A stretch of 64,000 bases of DNA from Fidelibacterota bacterium (lineage in GTDB: Bacteria > Fidelibacterota > Fidelibacteria > Fidelibacterales > DSDE01), in NCBI GenBank assembly GCA_046735395.1, contig JBJKQR010000012.1:21394-85393 (forward strand), given 5' to 3'. Of this stretch, positions 56,761 to 64,000 are shown piece by piece. The translations under genes and the position numbers were made by a program. The notes beneath the pieces were generated by a model. It saw only the letters and a list, made by a program, of their open reading frames with translations. It was not told where the DNA came from and did no database searches. The first letter of the stretch is position 1. Every line of letters begins with the position of its first letter.

Positions 56761-58203
56761 ATGACAGCACAAGACAGAGGACATGGACTGGGACAGCAAT
56801 TGTCCACCTTTCCCCGTGCGTTCTGGATGCTGAACATCATGGAGATGCTGGAACGGCTGGCCTATTACGGTGTCCGCGTCGTAATCCCGATCTACATCGC
56901 CCAGGCAGATGAAATCGGCGGTCTCCATTTTACGCAGATTCAGAAAGGTGAAATCTTTATGTGGTGGGCCATTGTGCAATCATTGGTTCCCATGTTCTCC
57001 GGCGGTTTTGCAGATCGTTACGGATATAAGAAAACCATCGCCTTTTCCATCGTTTTCAAAGCAATCGGGTATCTGCTGATGGCGACACAGCGCGCTTTCT
57101 TTCCCTTTCTCATGGGGACGCTGGTGCTTGCCTTCGGGACGGCTGTCTTCAAACCCGGTATTCAGGGATCTCTGGTCCAGACACTGGATGAAAAACACAG
57201 TTCGGTCGGGTGGGGCACCTTCTATATGCTGGTGAATATCGGCGGATTTCTCGGGCCGCCCCTGGCGCATTTCCTCTACGGAATCAGCTGGCCGGCCGTC
57301 TTCTACGGATGTGCAGTCATCGTTTCGCTCAATTTCATCACCCTGCTGACCTATGAAGAAATTCCGGCAGGCGGGGAACAGACCATGAGTCCCATGGATA
57401 TCATGGTGAAAACATTCAGAAATATTATTAAACCCCGTCTCGGACTCTTCATCCTGATCATGTCCGGGTTCTGGCTCATGTTCATGCAACTCTTCGATAT
57501 GCTCCCCAATTTCATCGTTGACTGGGTGGACACGGCCGATATGGTTTCACGCTTTCATCTGCCGTCCTTCATGACGGTGGAAACCCTGCGCGGGACCATG
57601 GTCACTCAGGAATGGCTGATTAACGCCAACGCGGGACTCATTGTCCTGGCGGTTGTCTTCGTTTCATGGATGGTGTCCAGAATGCGGAGAGTGACCTCGA
57701 TTTTTATCGGTATCACTATTTCCGCCATCGGCCTGGTGACGGCCGGATTCACCATGAACGGGTATTTTGTGCTGATGGGAATCCTCATGTTCTCCGTCGG
57801 TGAAATGCTCTCCTCACCCAAAATGAATGAATACCTGGGCGTGATTGCCCCTGCCGGTGAGAAAGGCCTGTATATGGGTTATGCCAACATTCCGCTGGCT
57901 GTGGGCTGGGGCTACGGCTCTCTCATGGGAGGCAAGGTCTATGATCAGATGGGTGACAAGGCAAATCTGGCTATTCGCTACCTCAGGGAAAATCTGAATT
58001 TTACTGATGAGGTTGTGCGGAATAATGCCTTTGCCAAACTCATGGATGTGACGGGCATGTCTGCAGGGGATGCGACGCATCTGCTCTGGAACCAGTATCA
58101 TCCCTACAGACTCTGGTATCAGTTTGCAGCGATCGGTCTCCTGTCTGCAGTCGGCATTTTTATTTATTCCCAGGCTGTAAAAAAATCAGAAGCGGGGATC
58201 TGA
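56761..58203 (+). CDS. MFS transporter, POT/PTR2-like (di/tripeptide permease-like)
   Basis: A polytopic protein whose N-terminal MEMLERLAYYGVR resembles the POT ExxERFxYYG motif. Confidence 0.75.
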   Translation: MTAQDRGHGLGQQLSTFPRAFWMLNIMEMLERLAYYGVRVVIPIYIAQADEIGGLHFTQIQKGEIFMWWAIVQSLVPMFSGGFADRYGYKKTIAFSIVFKAIGYLLMATQRAFFPFLMGTLVLAFGTAVFKPGIQGSLVQTLDEKHSSVGWGTFYMLVNIGGFLGPPLAHFLYGISWPAVFYGCAVIVSLNFITLLTYEEIPAGGEQTMSPMDIMVKTFRNIIKPRLGLFILIMSGFWLMFMQLFDMLPNFIVDWVDTADMVSRFHLPSFMTVETLRGTMVTQEWLINANAGLIVLAVVFVSWMVSRMRRVTSIFIGITISAIGLVTAGFTMNGYFVLMGILMFSVGEMLSSPKMNEYLGVIAPAGEKGLYMGYANIPLAVGWGYGSLMGGKVYDQMGDKANLAIRYLRENLNFTDEVVRNNAFAKLMDVTGMSAGDATHLLWNQYHPYRLWYQFAAIGLLSAVGIFIYSQAVKKSEAGI

Positions 58204-58208
58204 AACAT

Positions 58209-59318
58209 ATGTCGGAAGAAATTATGATCAAAAAAACTCCGTTTTATGACAGGCACGTGGCATTTCATGCCAAAATAGTGGAATTTGCCGGCTTTGAGAT
58301 GCCGGTGAGTTACGAGGGAATCAATGCCGAACATCTGCACGTCCGCCAGGCTCTGGGCGTATTCGACGTTTCGCACATGGGTGAATTCTTCGTGGAGGGG
58401 CCGGGCGCACAGGCCTTTCTCCAGACCATGACTGTCAATGATGTGGAAGCGCTTCGTGACGGCCAGGCTCAGTATTCGGCCATGTGCTATGATGACGCCG
58501 GTATTGTGGATGATCTCATTGTCTATCGTTTCGATGCGTCCAAATATATGCTGGTGGTGAATGCGGCCAATCTGGAGAAGGATTTTTTCTGGCTTCAGCA
58601 GCACCTCAACGGGGACGTGACCCTGACTGATCGCAGCGATGATCTGGCCCTGCTGGCGGTTCAGGGGCCCGATGCCATGAATTGCATACAGAAACTCTGT
58701 GATATAGATGTTTCGGAAATCGAATTCTATCATTTTCGCGAATGCCGCATCGCCGGCGAGGAGGTGCTTCTTTCCAGAACCGGTTACACCGGAGAGAAGG
58801 GGTTTGAAATTTATCACAGCCCGCTTCAGTCCGATACCATCTGGGATGCACTGTTTCAGACCGGGAAAGCCTGGAATATCAAACCTATCGGACTGGGCGC
58901 CCGTGATACACTCCGGCTCGAAATGAAATACTGCCTGTACGGAAATGATATTGATTCCGGTACCAACCCCCTGGAAGCAGGACTGGGATGGATTACGCGT
59001 CTGAATAAAAACGGCGACTTCATCGGAAAGGATGCGTTGCTGAAGATAAAGGAAGCGGGCCTGAAACGAAAATTGGTTGGATTCAAGATGATCGACCGCG
59101 GCATACCCCGTCATGGATATGAGGTGGATGTGGAGGGTCAGATCTCAGGCATTGTGACCTCCGGCACCCAGTCTCCCACGCTTGGGGAAGCCATTGGCCT
59201 TGCCTACGTTGATACAGCTTATGCCAAAGTCGGGAATGAAATCCGTATTCTGATCCGCGGCAAAGCGCTGAGAGCCAAAGTTGTAAAAACCCCTTTCACG
59301 GATTCGAGCCCACTCTGA
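58209..59318 (+). CDS. gcvT: Glycine cleavage system aminomethyltransferase T
   Basis: TPFYDRHVAFHAKIVEFAGFEMPVSY, GYTGEKGFEI and RDTLRLE. Confidence 0.95.
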   Translation: MSEEIMIKKTPFYDRHVAFHAKIVEFAGFEMPVSYEGINAEHLHVRQALGVFDVSHMGEFFVEGPGAQAFLQTMTVNDVEALRDGQAQYSAMCYDDAGIVDDLIVYRFDASKYMLVVNAANLEKDFFWLQQHLNGDVTLTDRSDDLALLAVQGPDAMNCIQKLCDIDVSEIEFYHFRECRIAGEEVLLSRTGYTGEKGFEIYHSPLQSDTIWDALFQTGKAWNIKPIGLGARDTLRLEMKYCLYGNDIDSGTNPLEAGLGWITRLNKNGDFIGKDALLKIKEAGLKRKLVGFKMIDRGIPRHGYEVDVEGQISGIVTSGTQSPTLGEAIGLAYVDTAYAKVGNEIRILIRGKALRAKVVKTPFTDSSPL

Positions 59319-59319
59319 T

Positions 59320-61782
59320 ATGATGCAGAAAAACAAAACAGAAAACCGCCGCCAATCCGAAATCATCGGGATTCTTATTATGACCATCAGTGTTCTGGTG
59401 GCCATCAGTTTTGCATCCTATACACCCCGGGACGAACTCTTGATGGACAGGTATTTTCTGATCGAGAATGCCATGGGCATTATCGGTGTCTTTGTCAGCA
59501 CCTATCTGATCAAGTTCGGATTCGGATATCTCAGCTGGGGTTTGCTGATCATCTCCGGAGCCTGGGGATGGTGGATATTCTCCGGCCGCGACAAGAAGGC
59601 TCTGATACGTTTTTCTGTTTATCTGTTGATGACGATTTATGTCGTTTCGGTTCTCTTCAGTATTCCGGCAGTTCAGCGACGACTTTTTCTGCCGCTGGGG
59701 TACGTGGCCGGTGGAATGATCGGCGGTACGACCGCGGATCTTCTGCAGGACTGGATCGGGAAAATTCCGGCCACCATTTTAATGGCGGTCTTTCTGTTGA
59801 TTCTGCTGTTTTCCTACCTGCGCATATCCATGTTCAGTCCGGTGGAATTCTTGCAGGAAACCTGGCGGGGCCTTCTCTACAGATTTGAATACCGACTGAG
59901 GACCTGGAGACGGAATCACGGGGCGAAAACAGAGGACGAAAAGCCTGAAAAACCGGGGAAGCGGAAACCGCAGGCTGCTGAACCGCAGCCGCTTATGGCT
60001 GTTCCATCCCTGGCCGCTACAGACAGTGAACCGGAGGCGATATCCGATCCGGATCTGCTGAGTTTCGGTTCCGATGAAGAAGACCCGGCTTCTGCAGCGG
60101 ATGAATCCGTTCCCGAATCGGAACTGAGACATGATGAGCCTGACATTCCAGCGGAGACCGCTCCGGACGAAACACATGAGGAAACTCCCGGTGAGTCGGA
60201 GAGCGAAAATTTTGAAGTCTCGGAAAAGCTGACTGATGATGATATCAATTATGATGAGACGAGTCAGATTGAGCAGAGGCCCGAATATAAACTCCCCAGT
60301 GTGGATCTTCTGAATAACCCTGCAGAATCGCAGGAAGTGGATCCGGAAGAATTGGCTGAAAATGCGAAAATTCTCACCCAGACACTGATGGATTTCGGTG
60401 TGAGCGGCAAAGTGACACGCGTTGTACCGGGGCCTGTGGTTACATTGTATGAAGTGGAGCCGGCCACGGGTGTACGGGTAAACCGGATTTCAGTGCTGGC
60501 TGATGATATTGCCCGGGTGATGTCCGCCAAGCGCATCCGAATCATCGCACCCATACCCGGGAAAAATGTGGTCGGCGTGGAAATTCCCAACAAGCGTCCT
60601 GAAATTGTATATTTCAAGTCCATCGTTAATTCGGAAATATTTTCGAAAGGTTCGTCAGTCCTGTCCATAGCTCTCGGGAAAATGGTCAATGGCCAGCCTT
60701 TTATCTTTGATCTGGACCGGATGCCTCACCTGCTCATCGCCGGAACCACCGGATCCGGAAAATCGGTCTGTATCAATACTCTCATCATGTCCATCCTGTA
60801 CCGGGCCAAACCGGATGAAGTAAAATTCATCATGGTGGATCCGAAAAAGCTCGAATTGTCCATTTACAAGGCGCTGGTCAATTATCACCTGATCACCAGT
60901 GAAGATATTGATGAATATGTGATTACATCTCCGTCCAATGCCGTCCTGGCTCTCCGTTCCGCCGAGGTTGAGATGGAACGGCGCTATACGGTTCTGTCCG
61001 AGGCGAAGGTCCGGAACATCGGTGAATACAATCAGAGGGCGGAGCAGTCCGGTGAGTACAGGCCTTTGCCCTATATTGTGGTGATTATCGATGAGCTTGC
61101 CGATCTGATGATCACTGCGAGCCGGGAGATAGAGGAACCCATCGCCAGACTGGCCCAGATGGCCCGTGCCGTCGGTATTCATCTGGTTGTGGCCACACAG
61201 AGGCCCAGTGTGGATGTCATTACCGGTGTCATCCGCTCAAATTTTCCTGCCCGCATCGCCTTCCAGGTTCCGACGAAAATAGACAGCCGTACCATTCTGG
61301 ATACGGGGGGCGCAGAGAAGCTGCTCGGGAAGGGGGACATGCTCTTCCTGTCACCCGGCACCTCCGAACCGGTTCGCGTGCATAATTCCTATGTGGTGCT
61401 GGAAGAAATCGAAGCAGTTCTGGATCATATTTCCGGCCAGAGTTCAGACGCCGAGGAATTTGTTCTGCCATCGTCACAGACAGCTGAGGATAATTCCGAT
61501 TCGGATGATTTCAGCGACAACAGCCAGCGGGATTCGCTTTTTGACGAAGCGCTCCGTCTCGTAGTTCAGCATCAGCAGGGAAGTATATCTCTGGTACAGA
61601 GGCGTCTGCGGGTCGGATACAGCAGAGCCGCCCGCCTCATTGATGAACTGGAACATGCCGGAATCGTGGGCCCCTTTACAGGCTCCAAGGCCCGGGAAGT
61701 ACTGGTGGGTCCTGAATACATTGACCATATAGACAGTTATAACCGACCTGAAATAGGATTGTCCGAAGAGGACGAGGACTGA
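59320..61782 (+). CDS. ftsK: DNA translocase FtsK
   Basis: Four to five N-terminal TM helices, an acidic/Pro-rich linker, a motor domain (Walker A GTTGSGKS, VVIIDELADLM) and a gamma winged helix (SISLVQRRLRVGYSRAARLIDELE). Confidence 0.95.
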   Translation: MMQKNKTENRRQSEIIGILIMTISVLVAISFASYTPRDELLMDRYFLIENAMGIIGVFVSTYLIKFGFGYLSWGLLIISGAWGWWIFSGRDKKALIRFSVYLLMTIYVVSVLFSIPAVQRRLFLPLGYVAGGMIGGTTADLLQDWIGKIPATILMAVFLLILLFSYLRISMFSPVEFLQETWRGLLYRFEYRLRTWRRNHGAKTEDEKPEKPGKRKPQAAEPQPLMAVPSLAATDSEPEAISDPDLLSFGSDEEDPASAADESVPESELRHDEPDIPAETAPDETHEETPGESESENFEVSEKLTDDDINYDETSQIEQRPEYKLPSVDLLNNPAESQEVDPEELAENAKILTQTLMDFGVSGKVTRVVPGPVVTLYEVEPATGVRVNRISVLADDIARVMSAKRIRIIAPIPGKNVVGVEIPNKRPEIVYFKSIVNSEIFSKGSSVLSIALGKMVNGQPFIFDLDRMPHLLIAGTTGSGKSVCINTLIMSILYRAKPDEVKFIMVDPKKLELSIYKALVNYHLITSEDIDEYVITSPSNAVLALRSAEVEMERRYTVLSEAKVRNIGEYNQRAEQSGEYRPLPYIVVIIDELADLMITASREIEEPIARLAQMARAVGIHLVVATQRPSVDVITGVIRSNFPARIAFQVPTKIDSRTILDTGGAEKLLGKGDMLFLSPGTSEPVRVHNSYVVLEEIEAVLDHISGQSSDAEEFVLPSSQTAEDNSDSDDFSDNSQRDSLFDEALRLVVQHQQGSISLVQRRLRVGYSRAARLIDELEHAGIVGPFTGSKAREVLVGPEYIDHIDSYNRPEIGLSEEDED

Positions 61783-61806
61783 TTCCCCACACCGGGACTC
61801 TTCTTC

Positions 61807-64000
61807 ATGATATCGCAGAAGAAAATAATCATTCGATCTCTTGTTTTACTTGCCGCTCTCCTGGCTTCCGGCCTGATCGCGCAGGATATTCCCGGAAATG
61901 CGGATGCCGAGAACGCCAATTCAGCTATTTTTACTCTTTTTAACCAAACAGGAAACAATCTGACGTCCAATTTTATTACGGGAATCTGTGAAGATAGTCT
62001 GGGGCGATTGATTATCGGCACGGGAAAAGGGATGAATTTTTATAACGGCTATGAATTCTATACCGTACCTGTTCCCGGAGACAGTAATAATATCATGACC
62101 ACAACCATTAGCGGAATGGTGATGGATAAAAAGGGTTTCATCTATTTCGGAAGCATGCTCAATGGCCTTTTTCGTTATGATCCGGCCCGGAACTCTCTGA
62201 AGAACATCCATATCTATCATAATCCCAATTTTCATAAAGACGATCTGATGGCGAGATTCAGTCAGCGAATACAATCACTCCTGTATCTGCCGGAAGACAG
62301 AATTATTTTCAGTTATTTTCACCAGAATGGATTTTTCACTCTCGATACAAGAACAGGTCATATCACTGAGTCGGCTGTCGGAAATGAAAGGGTTATCAAT
62401 CGCATTGTTCAGGGGAGCGGAGATGATATTCTGATCATATGTACAGATGGATCCGTATTCCGATACGATTTCACTACAAATGCAATATCGTCGGTTGATT
62501 TACCGGAGCTGTGCAATAACTGCAGGATCAGCACTGCTTTCGTGGATTCCCGGAAAAACATTTGGTTCGCAACTGCAAATAACGGGTTGTTCAAAGTTAA
62601 CGGCAATACGGTGGAATCTTTTCCGATGGACAGTGATAAAAACAGAGATATATACTACAGATCTTTTCTGGAAGATAAATTTCATAATATCTGGATCGGA
62701 ACGAGTGAGGGGCTGTATCGCTACAATTCAGACGAGAGCTGGACACATTTTCAGTATCAGGGGAATACGGGCTTCAGTCTGCCCGTTGAAAATATCTGGT
62801 ACCTCTTTATTGATTCCTCAAATTATCTCTGGATCGGAACGGATCACGGACTGGTAAGAATGATTACAGCGACGAATCTTGCGGGATACAAGGTTTTCCA
62901 TGCAGATAAAACTCATCAGACTGATGTTACCTGCATGACGCAATTGAATACGAACCGATTTCTCCTTGGTACGAATAACAGCGGCCTGCAGATCTTTGAT
63001 AATCGTGATGTATCGATAAAACCGCTAATGTGGGCGAATATGGACAGCGTTCTGAAGACGGGAAATGTGAGGAACTGTGTCCAATCCAATAATTATATTT
63101 ACACAGTTTTCGCACACCATGGCCTGTTTGAAGCGATGTTGAACGATTCCGAAGATCTGACCTTTCATCCCCTGAGTGTTCCCGGTTATAGCGGCGAAAG
63201 TAAATTACCTATGTTCCACAATCTGGGGGTTGACAGCAGGGGAAATGTCTGGATCTCCCTGCTTCGGGAAAACTCTATTCTGTATTTTGACCCGGTACAC
63301 AGACAGTTTCATAATGTTTCTTTTCCGGACAGCATGCGTCAGAAAAATAGTTTTATAGTGCAGAAATTCTTCAACGACCGGGACGGAAACCTGTGGCTGG
63401 GAACCCGAAACGGCCTGTATGAATGGAATGGCCGGGAGATCATCGGACATCACAGTCAGATGGAAGACGGACGAAATTTCATAACTGGAATTCATCAGGA
63501 TTCACACGGAGATATCTGGTATTCCGATCAAATGGAAGGCTTGAATACGATCGGAGATGACGGGGCTGTGAAAACCATTATTGCCAATCATAAAAAGGAA
63601 TGGATTTTTGATTTTGAGCTGGATGAAAATGACAATGTGATCTGGTATACACAGCAGAAACATGGCCTGGGACGCTATGATATGGATCTGGGAACTACTT
63701 CTTTTCTGGGTTTGAATCAGGGATTGGCCGGAAATAATTATTACAGCCTTTTCTTTATTGATCCCTATGAAATCCTTCTTTTTGGAAATCAGGGCCTGAG
63801 TGCATATAACACGCTGACCGATCAGATCCTCAATTATACCAACGATCAGGGTTTCCGATTCTCCATCACGGTGGGGGCCACCTTTGTTAAAAAGAATGAT
63901 AATTTGTTATTTGGTGGTCGGGACAATATTTTTTCCATTTCTCCCGAAGATCTGGTTCCGGAGATTCCTCACAAATCCGTATTATTCAAATCTGTTTTCA
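61807..64000 (+). CDS. Secreted two-component-regulator propeller repeat protein, N-terminal ~730 aa (3' end beyond window)
   Basis: It is not in the ORF track because no stop occurs. I translated frame 1 from the ATG at 61807 to base 63999 and found it open. The protein has a signal peptide (LVLLAALLASGLIAQ) and recurring NIWFAT/NIWIGTSEGLYRY/YLWIGTDHGL/NLWLGTRNGLYEW/DIWYSD beta-propeller repeats. Confidence 0.85.
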   Translation, partial: MISQKKIIIRSLVLLAALLASGLIAQDIPGNADAENANSAIFTLFNQTGNNLTSNFITGICEDSLGRLIIGTGKGMNFYNGYEFYTVPVPGDSNNIMTTTISGMVMDKKGFIYFGSMLNGLFRYDPARNSLKNIHIYHNPNFHKDDLMARFSQRIQSLLYLPEDRIIFSYFHQNGFFTLDTRTGHITESAVGNERVINRIVQGSGDDILIICTDGSVFRYDFTTNAISSVDLPELCNNCRISTAFVDSRKNIWFATANNGLFKVNGNTVESFPMDSDKNRDIYYRSFLEDKFHNIWIGTSEGLYRYNSDESWTHFQYQGNTGFSLPVENIWYLFIDSSNYLWIGTDHGLVRMITATNLAGYKVFHADKTHQTDVTCMTQLNTNRFLLGTNNSGLQIFDNRDVSIKPLMWANMDSVLKTGNVRNCVQSNNYIYTVFAHHGLFEAMLNDSEDLTFHPLSVPGYSGESKLPMFHNLGVDSRGNVWISLLRENSILYFDPVHRQFHNVSFPDSMRQKNSFIVQKFFNDRDGNLWLGTRNGLYEWNGREIIGHHSQMEDGRNFITGIHQDSHGDIWYSDQMEGLNTIGDDGAVKTIIANHKKEWIFDFELDENDNVIWYTQQKHGLGRYDMDLGTTSFLGLNQGLAGNNYYSLFFIDPYEILLFGNQGLSAYNTLTDQILNYTNDQGFRFSITVGATFVKKNDNLLFGGRDNIFSISPEDLVPEIPHKSVLFKSVF

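Overview
This is a 64-kb bacterial chromosomal window with mid-range GC by eye. The gene content points to a fermentative or anaerobe-leaning organism, but I cannot place it taxonomically from the sequence alone.

I can support about 58 protein-coding genes, almost all assigned by motif recognition in the supplied translations. No searches were run. In order along the window:
- hrcA (5' truncated)-grpE-dnaJ
- comEA plus three uncharacterised envelope proteins
- rsmD-coaD-pta, an FmdB zinc ribbon and obg
- an ABC-2 exporter
- aceE-aceF-lpd (pyruvate dehydrogenase complex)
- a standalone Hpt protein, DUF4177, miaB and htpG
- a hybrid histidine kinase, an M28-like peptidase and a cytoplasmic histidine kinase
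- a seven-gene che cluster: cheA-cheR-cheD-HDOD-cheY-cheX-cheB
- pepT and glycerate 2-kinase
- buk-ptb
- an ECF sigma/anti-sigma pair followed by glutaredoxin-like, groES (with no groEL), a CoADR/Nox-like reductase, a CcmH-like protein and DUF1858
- an alanine-dehydrogenase-like gene, a CoA-transferase, nfnAB and a 2-oxoacid:ferredoxin oxidoreductase (delta, alpha, beta-gamma fusion)
- usp, an SGNH-hydrolase fusion protein and a lipoprotein
- a REC-REC-GGDEF protein with a degenerate active site
- an aminotransferase, a POT-like MFS transporter, gcvT and ftsK
- an open-ended propeller-sensor gene that runs off the 3' edge and is absent from the ORF track

I found no rRNA, tRNA, CRISPR array, transposase, integrase or phage genes.

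The observations most worth a second look are:
1. A ~360-bp array of about ten 38-39-bp tandem repeats with internal 10-bp-phased ACGAA cores, lying between convergent cheB and pepT.
2. A che cluster with a dual-Hpt CheA and an embedded HDOD gene, but no cheW or MCP.
3. An ECF sigma and small Cys-rich anti-sigma followed by a thiol-redox gene set that includes an orphan groES and a CcmH-like protein whose CxxC is replaced by a vicinal CC.
4. A comEA-linked trio with PilM/PilN-like hallmarks.

None of these is proven novel. All need database and genome-context checks.
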